Of a stretch of 64,000 nucleotides of DNA, positions 52,453 to 64,000 are shown in pieces (the stretch's first letter is position 1; each line of letters opens with the position of its first letter). The stretch covers positions 75,247 to 139,246 of the forward strand of contig VJWM01000281.1 of assembly GCA_010909165.1 (NCBI GenBank), read 5' to 3'. The notes under the pieces were generated by a model. That model did no database searches. It had not been told where the DNA came from and saw only the letters and a program-made list of their open reading frames with translations. This DNA is from Anthoceros angustus. Lineage: Eukaryota; Plantae; Anthocerotophyta. Made by a program: the position numbers and the translations under genes.

Positions 52453-52712
52453 CTAGTCTAGAAAAATAATGAGTTTTGCTTTCTCACCGTCTTCTTGGAC
52501 CGTCAACCTTGTAGTAGACATCGATTGGCACGCTTAGGCTATGAATATCGCCTCAAATATTTTTCAGCCCACGAGGCTGACCCCTGCTAAATCTTCTTGT
52601 TCAAGGTACAATACACTATTTCAAGATCGCAGTGGACATTTGAAAGGTCCTTGAGATAGCTTTGGCACGACTTTTGTGATTTTGGTTTTGCCCAGCTCTT
52701 ACGCTTGCCCAT
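52453..52712 (-). CDS. ELF1: Elf1-like, copy 11 (frameshifted as written)
   Basis: ATG 52712, stop 52453; same motifs. Confidence 0.72.
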
Positions 52713-54796
52713 GTTTCTCAATGTCTTGTCACCGTGAGTTAGGCTCTTTATTTTCTTGGGATCTAAAAAGCGAAAGGAGATTACTAGGATTCAATACCGT
52801 ATTTGTTCACACGATGGAACATATATAGTCTTTCTTTCGGTGAAATTTCTGGTATTTATTCAAAGATATTTACAAGCCACTCACAAAACCCTATTGTGGC
52901 TATCATGATGTGCAAGCTTGATCACATGTTGCTCACCTAATAAACCCCCACGGTCCTAGTTCATGTAGTTCAAATCCGCCACTTGGCCAACTACTAGTTG
53001 AACTACATTGCCGTGAGGAGGTCTTTACTATGTAGAAAAGGTTTTTTTTTTTTTTTTTGGTTGGAAGTTTCATGCCAAAGCTGGTTAAAAGTAACGTTTG
53101 GGTCGGACCGTTCGATGATAGTTCATACATGCCACATAAGCAATCATGCTTTAGTAGAAATTGATCCAAAATAGAATGGGTGTAGTTTCTCTTTGATGTA
53201 GACTAGGTTTTCAAAGTTTTGGTGTTTCATACTCAAGATGGGGTATTGTTATTCTTCTTCTATTTATTCAAAGATATTTACAAGCCAGCTCACAAAACCC
53301 TATTGTGGCTATCATGATGTGCAAGCTTGATCACATGTTGCTTCTCTTTGATGTAGACTAAGACTAAGCTTGAACTATCATTGAACTACTAGTTTGGCAT
53401 GGACTCTAAGTTTGCACTTTTGAATAGGTTTTCAAAGTTTTGGTGTTTCATACTCAAGATGGGGTATTGTTATTCTTCTTCTATTTATCTATCTAGGTAC
53501 ATATCAACAAATCCATCAATTGCAAGAATGTATCCAACGATGGACAATAAACACCAACAATATTTTTGCCAACTTCATTGCTAGTTCTAAATAAAGCTCC
53601 AAAACCTACATTATTTACATCGTCCTCGAAATTAGCATACAATGAGCCTAATTGTGTGTCTCGACACGTAATAGTTGATCTTGGCATGCAAGTCCTTGCA
53701 CTACATGTCGGTACTAGGTGCTTCTTTGGCTTCTTGATCCCACTCCTCGTGAGACAGGTTTTATGAGCCTCCAATGCGCCATGTGATTATTCTATTACTT
53801 GGCCAATCACGATGATTACTTTTTGGTCTTTTCTATTCTTGGAATTTTGATTTGTTGAGTAGCCTACCAACGGACCGTGATCCAAGGACGAGCATAGTCT
53901 CGATGAGCTAAGCACCTAATCGGTGACGAGCAGCCGACGAGATGGTGGATCGCAGAAGGAGCGCTTGCGACTAACCATAGTCGTGCTAGCCTAGGTTAAC
54001 TCACTAGAGCATAGTTAGCAAACCGTAGTCAAGAACCTCGGGTTACACAAATTGGACATGGACACGGACCAAGCCGCAGGGCTACAAGTCACACGCGCCA
54101 AGATCAAGAAGACTCTCTTCTTCATGCCCCTCGCCTCGCTCGAGGCCCTCGCGCTCATGGTATCAAAGCCTATCCATCGATCGCATCGGCGTTTCTTGAA
54201 GATCTCAATGCACCGGAGTGGATCAAAGAAGGAGATGGGAGCGCACAACGAATCAGTTAGGGCTTAGGTGAACAGCCTTGTCATAGCATTAGGGCTTAGG
54301 CTATGAATATCGCCTCAAATATTTTTGCCAACTTCATTGCTAGTTCTAAATAAAGCTCCAAAACCTATTGTGGCTATCATGATGTGCAAGCTTGATCACA
54401 TGTTGCTCACCTAATAAACCCCCACGGTCCTAGTTCATACATGCCACATAAGCAATCATGCTTTAGTAGAGAAATTGATCCAAAATAGAATGGGTGTAGT
54501 TTCTCTTTGATGTAGACTAGGTTTTCAAAGTTTTGGTGTTTCATACTCAAGATGGGGTATTGTTATTCTTCTTCTATTTATTCAAAGATATTTACAAGCC
54601 AGCTCACAAAACCCTATTGTGGCTATCATGATGTGCAAGCTTGATCACATGTTGCTCACCTAATAAACCCCCACGGTCCTAGTTCATGTAGTTCAAATCC
54701 GCCACTTGGCCAATCACGATGATTACTTTTTGGTCTTTGCCCTCTTCCTCTTCTTGTTCAAACATGAAGATCACTTTTTGGTCTTTGCCCTCTTCC

Positions 54797-55019
54797 TCTT
54801 CTTGGACCGCGTCAACCCTTGTAGTAGACATCGATTGGCACGCTTAGGCTATGAATATCATCTCAAATATTTTTCACAGCGTCGCCGAGGCACGACCCTC
54901 GTCTTCTTGTTCAAGGTACAATACACTATTTCAAGATCGCAGTGGACATTTGAAAGGTCCTTGATAGCTTTGGCACGACTTTTGTGATTTTGGTTTTGCC
55001 AGCTCTTACGCTTGCCCAT
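54797..55019 (-). pseudogene. ELF1: Elf1-like copy lacking its last ~12 codons
   Basis: ATG 55019 to the WVDAVQE codons, then joined to another unit segment. ORF-track 54858-55103 shows remnants (...RRCEKYL). Confidence 0.68.
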
Positions 55020-56086
55020 GTTTCTCAATGTCTTGTTAGTGTGAGTTAGGCTCTTTATTTTCTTGGGATCTAAAAAGCGAAGGAGGCGGTTACTAGGATT
55101 CAATCGTATTTGTTCACACGATGGAACATATATAGTCTTTCTTTCGGTGAAATTTCTGGTATTTATTCAAAGATATTTACAAGCCAGCTCACAAAACCCT
55201 ATTGTGGCTATCATGATGTGCAAGCTTGATCACATGTTGCTCACCTAATAAACCCCCACGGTCCTAGTTCATGTAGTTCAAATCCGCCACTTGGCCAACT
55301 ACTAGTTGAACTACATTGCCAGTGCGAGGAGGTCCTTACTATGTAGAAAAGGTTTTTTTTTTTTTTTTTTTGGTTGGAAGTTTCATGCCAAAGCTGGTTA
55401 AAAAGTAACGTTTGGGTCGGACCGTTCGATGATAGTTCATACATGCCACATAAGCAATCATGCTTTAGTAGAGAAATTGATCCAAAATAGAATGGGTGTA
55501 GTTTCTCTTTGATGTAGACTAGGTTTTCAAAGTTTTGGTGTTTCATACTCAAGATGGGGTATTGTTATTCTTCTTGTTCAAACATGAAGATCACTTTTTG
55601 GTCTTTGCCCTCTTCCTCTTCTTGTTCAAGGTACAATACACTATTTCAAGATCGCAAAGTGGACATTTGAAAGGTCCTTGATAGCTTTGGCACGACTTTT
55701 GTGATTTTTGGTGATTTGTGGAGCAACCCACTAATGTTTCATTATAACTTATTTCAAAAACTTTAATCAAATCCAAAATAGAATGGGTGTAGTTTCTCTT
55801 TGATGTAGACTAGGTTTTCAAAGTTTTGGTGTTTCATACTCAAGATGGGGTATTGTTATTCTTCTTGTTCAAACATGAAGATCACTTTTTGGTTGGAAGT
55901 TTCATGCCAAAGTGGTTAAAAAGTAACGTTTGGGTCGGACCGTTCGATGATAGTTCATACATGCCACATAAGCAATCATGCTTTAGTAGAGAAATTGATC
56001 CAAAATAGAATGGGTGTAGTTTCTCTTTGATGTAGACTAGGTTTTCAAAGTTTTGGTGTTTCATACTCAAGATGGGGTATTGTTAT

Positions 56087-56890
56087 TCTTCTTGTTCAAA
56101 CATGAAGATCACTTTTTGGTCTTTGCCCTCTTCCTCTTCTTGTTCAAACATGAAGATCACTTTTTGGTCTTTGCCCTCTTCCTCTTCTTGTTCAAACATG
56201 AAGATCACTTTTTGGTCTTTGCCCCTTTTCTATTCTTGGAATTTTTGGTTGGAAGTTTCATGCCAAAGTGGTTAAAAAGTAACGTTTGGGTCGGACCGTT
56301 CGATGATAGTTCATACATGCCACATAAGCAATCATGCTTTAGTAGAGAAATTGATCCAAAATAGAATGGGTGTAGTTTCTCTTTGATGTAGACTAGGTTT
56401 TCAAAGTTTTGGTGTTTCATACTCAAGATGGGGTATTGTTATTCTTCTTCTTGTTCAAACATGAAGATCACTTTTTGGTCTTTGCCCTCTTCCTCTTCTT
56501 GGCATGCAAGTCCTTGCACTACATGTCGCTCATATATGGTATCAAAGCCTATCCATCGATCACATGTTGCTCACCCTAATAAACCCCCACGGTCCTAGTT
56601 CATACATGCCACATAAGCAATCATGCTTTAGTAGAGAAATTGATCCAAAATAGAATGGGTGTAGTTTCTCTTTGATGTAGACTAGGTTTTCAAAGTTTTG
56701 GTGTTTCATACTCAAGATGGGGTATTGTTATTCTTCTTCTTCTTGTTCAAACATGAAGATCACTTTTTGGTCTTTGCCCTCTTCCTCTTCTTGTTCAAAC
56801 ATGAAGATCACTTTTTGGTCTTTGCCCTCTTCCTCTTCTTGTTCAAACATGAAGATCACTTTTTGGTCTTTGCCCTCTTCCTCTTCTTGG
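56087..56890. repeat. 48-bp tandem loops (TCTTCTTGTTCAAACATGAAGATCAC...), two blocks of ~3
   Basis: Restarts at 56087, 56135 and 56183; a second block lies at about 56740-56890. Confidence 0.85.
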
Positions 56891-57119
56891 CATGCAAGTC
56901 CTTGCACTACATGTCGGTACTAGGTGCTTCTTTGGCTTTGATGTAGACTAGGTTTTCAAAGTTTTGGTGTTTCATACTCAAGATGGGGTATTGTTATTCT
57001 TCTTGTTCAAGGTACAATACACTATTTCAAGATCGCAAAGTGGACATTTGATTATTCTTTTACTTGTTCAAGGTACAATACACTATTTCAAGATCGCAAA
57101 GTGGACATTTGATTATTCT

Positions 57120-57340
57120 ATTACTTGGCCAATCACGATGATTACTTGGCCAATCACGATGATTACTTGGCCAATCACGATGATTACTTTTTGGTCTTTG
57201 CCCTCTTCCTCTTCTTGTTCAAGGTACAATACACTATTTCAAGATCGCAAAGTGGACATTTGATTATTCTATTACTTGGCCAATCACGATGATTACTTGG
57301 CCAATCACGATGATTACTTGGCCAATCACGATGATTACTT
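57120..57340. repeat. 21-bp tandem loops (ATTACTTGGCCAATCACGATG) x3, twice
   Basis: Blocks at 57120-57188 and 57271-57340. Confidence 0.9.
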
Positions 57341-57889
57341 TTTGGTCTTTGCCCTCTTCCTCTTCTTGTTCAAGGTACAATACACTATTTCAAGATCGCA
57401 AAGTGGACATTTGAAAGGTCCTTGAGATAGCTTTGGCACGACTTTTGTGATTTTGGTGATTTGTTGAGTAGCCTACCAACTACGGACCGTGATCCAAGGG
57501 CGAGCATAGTTAGCAAACCGTAGTCAAGAACCTCGGGTTACACAAATTGGACATGGACACGGACCAAGCCGCAGGGCTACAAGTCACACGCGCCAAGATC
57601 AAGAAGACTCTCTTCTTCTTGGCATTTTGTGTCGTATTCTCGCACCATTCTTGCGTGCCTTTTGAGACATGTTGTATGATTCCCCAATGTGCCAAGAGAT
57701 TATTCTTTTACTTGTTCAAACATGAAGATCACTTTTTGGTCTTTGCCCTCTTCCTCTTCTTGGCATTTTCTGATTTGTGGAGCAACCCACTAATGTTTCA
57801 TTATAACTTATTTCAAAAACTTTAATCAAATCCAAAACATATACATATGTCCAAGCACAAATCGGTGAGAGGAAAATGCAAATGCTAGC

Positions 57890-58142
57890 CTAGTCTAGAA
57901 AAATAATGAGTTTTGCTTTCTCACCGTCTTCTTGGACGCGTCAACCCGGTAGTAGACATCGATTGGCACGCTTAGGCTATGAATATCTCAAAATATTTTT
58001 CACAGGCCGCACGAGGCGACCTGTCTTCTTGTTCAAGGTACAATACACTATTTCAAGATCGCAGTGGACATTTGAAAGGTCCTTGAGATAGCTTTGGCAC
58101 GACTTTTGTGATTTTGGTTTTGCCAGCTCTTCGCTTGCCCAT
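57890..58142 (-). CDS. ELF1: Elf1-like, copy 12 (frameshifted as written)
   Basis: ATG 58142, stop 57890. CACAGGCCGCACGAGGCGACC preserves the ASC..ACE codons on the minus strand. Confidence 0.72.
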
Positions 58143-59404
58143 GTTTCTCAATGTCTTGTCACCGTGAGTTAGGCTCTTTATTTTCTTGGGATCTAAAAAG
58201 CGAAAGGAGATTACTAGGATTCAATACCGTATTTGTTCACGATGGAACATATATAGTCTTTCTTTCGGTGAAATTTCTCGGTATTTATTCAAAGATATTT
58301 ACAAGCCAGCTCACAAAACCCTATTGTGGCTATCATGATGTGCAAGCTTGATCACATGTTGCTCACCCTAATAAACCCCCACGGTCCTAGTTCATGTAGT
58401 TCAAATCCGCCACTTGGCCAACTACTAGTTGAACTACAACGGCCGAGTGTGCAGGAGGTCTTTACTATGTAGAAAAGGTTTTTTTTTTTTTTTTTGGTTG
58501 GAAGTTTCATGCCAAAGTTAAAAAGTAACGTTTGGGTCGGACCGTTCGATGATAGTTCATACATGCCACATAAGCAATCATGCTTTAGTAGAGAAATTAA
58601 TCCAAAATAGAATGGGTGTAGTTTCTCTTTGATGTAGACTAAGCTTGAACTATCATTGAACTACTAGTTTGGCATGGACGTAATTAGGTTCTTTGCACTT
58701 TGAATAGGTTTTCAAAGTTTTGGTGTTTCATACTCAAGATGGGGTATTGTTATTCTTCTTCTATTTATCTATCTAGGTACATGATGGCATCAACAAATCC
58801 ATCAATTGCAAGAATGTATCCAAGCGATGGACAATAAACACCAACAATATTTTTGCCAACTTCATTGCTAGTTCTAAATAAAGCTCCAAAACTACATTAT
58901 TTACATCGCCCTCGAAATTAGCATACAATGAGCCTAATTGTGTGTCTTCGTATATGTGGCGTAGTTGATCTTGGCATTTTCGGTGAAATTTCTCGGTATT
59001 TATTCAAAGATATTTACAAGTTGCTCACCCTAATAAACCCCCACGGTCCTAGTTCATGTAGTTCAAATCCGCCACTTGGCCAATCACGATGATTACTTTT
59101 TGGTCTTTGCCCTCTTCCTCTTCTTGTTCAAACATGAAGATCACTTTTTGGTCTTTGCCCTCTTCCTCTTCTTGGCATGCAAGTCCTTGCACTACATGAT
59201 TTTGGTTGGAAGTTTCATGCCAAAGCTGGTTAAAAGTAACGTTTGGGTCGGACCGTTCGATGATAGTTCATAGTTCAAATCCGCCACTTGGCCAATCACG
59301 ATGATTACTTTTTGGTCTTTGCCCTCTTCCTCTTCTTGGCATGCAAGTCCTTGCACTACATGTCGGTACTAGGTGCTTCTTTGGCTTCTTGATCCCACTC
59401 CTCG

Positions 59405-59660
59405 TCCAACCCGGGCATATCAAGTGTAAGTTGTAAAACTTGTCACAATATTCTTGAATTGCCTTGTTGGAAAATCTTCCAACGCTGCACAGTCCTTGCG
59501 GTGGTTCAACGCGTGAACTGTCAAGGAAGATCTACGAAAGCCAAGAGTAAATAGGGGACTCCATGCCGAGGTCGACTTGTTTACCGCGCCACCATCGAGC
59601 AGCGTATCCCTCCAACGACATAACATGAATCAATTTTCAAGTCATCCTTGTCGGGCGAAG
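59405..59660 (-). mobile_element. Ty3/gypsy gag fragment, second copy
   Basis: Homologous to 20-200. The minus strand reads SLEGYAARWWRGKQVDLGMESPIYSW...FQQGN..IQEYCDKFYNL (with frameshifts). Confidence 0.75.
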
Positions 59661-60312
59661 GTATTTATTCAAAGATATTTACAAGCCAGCTCACAAAACC
59701 CTATTGTGGCTATCATGCTTGATCACATGTTGCTCACCCTAATAAACCCCCCTAGTTCATGTAGTTCAAATCCGCCACTTGGCCAACTACTAGTTGAACT
59801 ACAACGGCCGAGTGTGCAGGAGGTCTTTACTATGTAGAAAAGGTTTTTTTTTTTTTTTTTGGGAAGTTTCATGCCAAAGTTAAAAAGTAACGTTTGGGTC
59901 GGACGTGGATGATAGTTCATACATGCCACATAAGCAATCATGCTTTAGTAGAGAAATTAATCCAAAATAGAATGGGTGTTTGATGTAGACTAAGCTTGAA
60001 CTATCATTGAACTACTAGTTTGGCATGGACGTAATTAGGTTCTTTGCACTTTTGAATAGGTTTTCAAAGTTTTGGTGTTTCATACTCAAGATGGGGTATT
60101 GTTATTCTTCTTCTATTTATCTATCTAGGTACATGATGGCATCAACAAATCCATCAATTGCAAGAATGTATCCAAGCGATGGACAATAAACACCAACAAT
60201 ATTTTTGCCAACTTCATTGCTAGTTCTAAATAAAGCTCCAAAACTACATTATTTACATCGCCCTCGAAATTAGCATACAATGAGCCTAATTGTGTGTCTT
60301 CGTATACGTAGG

Positions 60313-60440
60313 TTTGATCTTGCGTTGGAGTTCTTTGTCAAGTTGAGGCACAGGTTTGAATTGGTACTCCTCACCCTCACACCTCCCCACTTGATTTCCC
60401 TCACTGGTTCTCCGGCTCAGACTCATCACCAGACGTCACC
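60313..60440 (-). mobile_element. Gypsy gag-region island homologous to 263-400
   Basis: TTGATCTTGCGTTGGAGTTCTTTGTCAAGTTGAGGC...TTGAATTGGTACTCCTCACCCTC is shared with 264-331. Confidence 0.75.
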
Positions 60441-61104
60441 ATGGCTTTGATGTAGACTAGGTTTTCAAAGTTTTGGTGTTTCATACTCAAGATGGGGTAT
60501 TGTTATTCTTCTTCTATTTATCTATCTAGGTACATGATCATCAACAAATCCATCAATTGCAAGAATGTATCCAAGCGATGGACAATAAACACCAACAATA
60601 TTTTTGCCAACTTCATTGCTAGTTCTAAATAAAGCTCCAAAACCTACATTATTTACATCGTCCTCAAATTAGCATACAATGAGCCTAATTGTGTCTCTTC
60701 GTATATGTGGGCGCGTAGTTTGATCTTGGCATGCAAGTCCTTGCACTACATGTCGGTACTAGGTGCTTCTTTGGCTTCCTGATCCCACTCCTCGTAGGAC
60801 AGGTTTTATGAGCCTCCAATGCGCCATGTGATTATTCTATTACTTGGCCAATCACGATGATTACTTTTTGGTCTTTGCCCCTTTTCTATTCTTGGAATTT
60901 TTGAGTGATTTGTTGAGTAGCCCACCAACTACGGACCGTGATCCAAGGGCGAGCATAGTCTCGATGAGCTAAGCACCTAATCTGCAGACGCAACCGCCGA
61001 GATGGTGGACGCAGCAAGGAGGCGGCTTGCGACTAACCATAGTCGTGCTAGCCTAGGTTAACTCACTAGAGCATAGTTAGCAAACCGTAGTCAAGAACCT
61101 CGGG

Positions 61105-61228
61105 TCTGTGGTTGCGTGACATTCTGTGCTGATTCCACCCGCTTCCGAGGTCGCCCCGCCCGCAATCACTTCGAGCAATATTCTATCAACGCAGCTTCCT
61201 TGCCATTAATCTCCACGAGTGAGCCTCC
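61105..61228 (-). mobile_element. Island homologous to 757-885 of the left gypsy region
   Basis: TCTGTGG..TTGCGTGACAT..TGATTCCACCC..TTCCGAGGTCGC..CGCAATC..TATCAACGCAGC..GAGTGAGCCTCC is shared and collinear. Confidence 0.7.
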
Positions 61229-62515
61229 AATGCGCCATTTGATTATTCTATTACTTGGCCAATCACGATGATTACTTTTTGGTCTTTGCCCTTTTCTATT
61301 CTTGGAATTTTTGATCGATTTGTTGAGTAGCCTACCAACTACGGACCGTGATCAGTGATCAGCATAGTCTCGATGAGCTAAGCACCTAATCGCAGTACGA
61401 GGAGAGATGGTGGAGTGCAGCGAGGCTTGCGACAACCATAGGGTATAGCCTAGGTTAACTCACTAGAGCATAGTTAGCAAACCGTAGTCAAGAACCTCGG
61501 GTTACACAAATTGGACATGGACACGGACCAAGCCGCGGGGCTACAAGTCACAGCGCCAAGATCAAGAAGACTCTCTTCTTCATGCCCCTCGCCTCGCGGC
61601 CGAGGCCCTCGTCATGTGCGCTCATATGGTATCAAAGCCTATCCATCGATGGCAGGCTGTTTCTTGAAGATCTCAATGCAGGAGTGGATCAAAGAAGGAG
61701 AGATGGGAGCGCAACGGCAAGCATGTTGAGGGGCTTAGGTGGCGGGAGCAAGCCTTGTCATAGCATTAGGGCTTATCCAAAACTAGAAAAGGTAGTTAAT
61801 ATAAGCGGCAGCCTACGAGATGGGCACCCACAGGAGGATGCAAGCGAACGAGAGAGTCTCTTGGATCTTGGGAACGGATCAAGTAGCCCGCGCCTTGTCC
61901 GAGCACGTGTTCAAATATTTGACTCACCTTGTTCTTGACTAGAGTATGCCTAACTCGGTTAGTTGATCCTAGGTTAGTCTCTCAAGCTAAACTAAGTACA
62001 TCCTATAGCTAGCTAGCTAGCCCTGCTTATACCTATGCTGACGCCGCCACGGCCCTGCTGGCGAGATTAGCGGCTCGCTATGTCCATCATAGCCTCGCGA
62101 TCGACTATGTCCTTCACGAGCTAGCTTGCTCAATCCGCCGTGACATCAAAAGCTCATACACTTAAGTGCACAAGAAGCAATTGTAACTATGGTTGATATA
62201 AACATAATTTCTAAGAAGGCACAAGTTGGTCTTGAAGATGGTCTTGTGTCGTATTCTGGCACCATTCTTGCGTGCCTTTTGAGACATGTATGATTCCCCA
62301 ATGTGCCAAGAGATTATTCTTTTACTTGTTCAAACATGAAGATCACTTTTTGGTCTTTGCCCTCTTCCTCTTCTTGGCATTTTCGGCTGATTTGTGGAGC
62401 AACCCACTAATGTTTCATTATAACTTATTTCAAAAACTTTAATCAAATCCATATGGACATATACATATGTCCAAAATAGTTCAAATCAGTGAGCGAGGAA
62501 AATGCAAATGCTAGC

Positions 62516-62764
62516 CTAGTCTAGAAAAATAATGAGTTTTGCTTTCTCACCGTCTTCTTGGACCGCGTCACAACCAGTAGACATCGATTGTAGGCTATGA
62601 ATATCGGTCTCAAATATTTTTCACGGGCGTGCGCGAGGCCGACCCTGCTCTTCTTGTTCAAGGTACAATACACTATTTCAAGATCGCAGTGGACATTTGA
62701 AAGGTCCTTGATAGCTTTGGCACTTTTGTGATTTTGGTTTTGCCTTGACTCTTCGCTTGCCCAT
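62516..62764 (-). CDS. ELF1: Elf1-like, copy 13 (noisy, frameshifted)
   Basis: ATG 62764, stop 62516; several small deletions. Confidence 0.68.
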
Positions 62765-63900
62765 GTTTCTCAATGTCTTGTTGTGAGTTAGGCTCTTTAT
62801 TTTCTTGGGATCTAAAAAGCGAAAGGAGGTTACTAGGATTCAATACCGTATTTGTTCACGATGGAACATATATAGTCTTTCTTTCGGTGAAATTTCTCGG
62901 TATTTATTCAAAGATATTTACAAGCCAGCTCACAAAAACCCTATTGTGGCTATCATGATGTGCAAGCTTGATCACATGTTGCTCACCCTAATAAACCCCA
63001 CGGTCCTAGTTCATAGTTCAAATCCGCCACTTGGCCAACTACTAGTTGAACTACAATTGCCGAATGAGGAGGTCTTTACTATGTAGAAAAGGTTTTTTTT
63101 TTTTTTTGGTTGGAAGTTTCATGCCAAAGCTGGTTAAAAAGTAACGTTTGGGTCGGACCGTTCGATGATAGTTCATACATGCCACATAAGCAATCATGCT
63201 TTAGTAGAGAAATTAATCCAAAATAGAATGGGTGTAGTTTCTCTTTGATGTAGACTAGGTTTTCAAAGTTTTGGTGTTTCATACTCAAGATGGGGTATTG
63301 TTATTCTTCTTCTATTTATCTATCTAGGTACATGGCATCAACAAATCCATCAATTGCAAGAATGTATCCAAGCGATGGACAATAAACACCAACAATATTT
63401 TTGCCAACTTCATTGCTAGTTCTAAATAAAGCTCCAAAACCTACATTATTTACATCGTCGAAATTAGCATACAATGAGCCTAATTGTGTGTCTTCGTATA
63501 TGTGGGCGTGGTTTGATCTTGGCATGCAAGTCCTTGCACTACATGTCGGTACTAGGTGCTTCTTTGGCTTCTTGATCCCACTCCTCGTGAGACAGTTTTA
63601 TGAGCCTCCAATGCGTGATTATTCTATTACTTGGCCAATCACGATGATTACTTTTTGGTCTTTGCCCTTTTCTATTCTTGGAATTTTTGGTGATTTGTTG
63701 AGTAGCCTACCAACTACGGACCGTGATCCAAGGGAGCATAGTCTCGATGAGCTAAGCACCTAATCGATTGCAGACAGCAACCGCGAGATGGTGGACGCAG
63801 GGGAGTCGGCTTGCGACTAACCATAGTCGTGCTAGCCTAGGTTAACTCACTAGAGCATAGTTAGCAAACCGTAGTCAAGAACCTCGGGTTACACAAATTG

Positions 63901-63982
63901 GACATCTTTCATTGCCGAGATACGGGTATATATGTGAGATGGGGAGCCAAGAAGGTTTTGTCTCGTCCAACAACCTTGGTTG
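63901..63982 (-). mobile_element. Probable gypsy integrase zinc-binding (H2C2) fragment
   Basis: The minus strand reads ..VGRDKTFL..., then (frameshift) ..MKDV. The G-to-DV spacing (68 nt) fits the 22-residue G..KT......YW..M..DV motif. Short and noisy. Confidence 0.4.
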
Positions 63983-64000
63983 GAAGTTTCATGCCAAAGC

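Larger units (their letters stand above)
1368..63900. repeat. Head-to-tail tandem array of a ~2.55-2.6 kb ELF1-like-gene-containing unit, with truncated and scrambled derivatives
   Basis: The anchor AAACCGTAGTCAAGAACC recurs at 3342, 5795, 8331, 9825, 12407, 15006, 17585, 20139, 21563, 24312 and onward (spacings 2453, 2536, 1494, 2582, 2599, 2579, 2554, 1424, 2749). Nearly all sequence in the interval maps to this unit in one orientation. Confidence 0.95.

Noticed and set aside
1368-63900. phi29/MDA chimera origin of the mosaic
   Set aside because: Such chimeras are predominantly inverted, and no inversions were seen.

Overview
Eukaryotic DNA, probably from a land plant (Ty3/gypsy gag fragments, telo-box, CTAG-rich tracts). 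About 62.5 kb (1368-63900) is built from one ~2.55-2.6 kb unit, always in the same orientation. Each complete unit carries, on the minus strand, a ~89-codon divergent homologue of the zinc-ribbon RNA polymerase II elongation factor Elf1/ELOF1. My by-eye cross-copy consensus is MGKRKSWAKPKITKVVPKLSQGPFKCPLCDLEIVYCTLNKKSRVASCxxCEKYFETDIHSLSVPIDVY(YK)WVDAVQEDGEKAKLIIFLD*. I count 13 copies with both start and stop, one lacking its tail, and many 5' halves. No single copy is frame-intact as written. Regular units (about 3.3-25 kb, 40-46.5 kb, 51-54 kb, 57.5-59 kb, 61.3-63.9 kb) alternate with scrambled zones made of unit fragments joined at ~7-13 bp microhomologies, which also generate 12-159 bp tandem loops. 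Gypsy gag sequence occupies 1-1367 and reappears, collinear but fragmented, at 59.4-61.2 kb; a probable integrase fragment ends the window. Caveat: indel-rich noise at fixed GC-rich sites, and 'detours' through other unit k-mers at those same sites, look like noisy long-read sequence processed by a small-k graph corrector. The scrambling and the frameshifts may therefore be technical. The ELF1-like amplicon itself is the robust biological signal. No rRNA, tRNA or CRISPR array was recognised.
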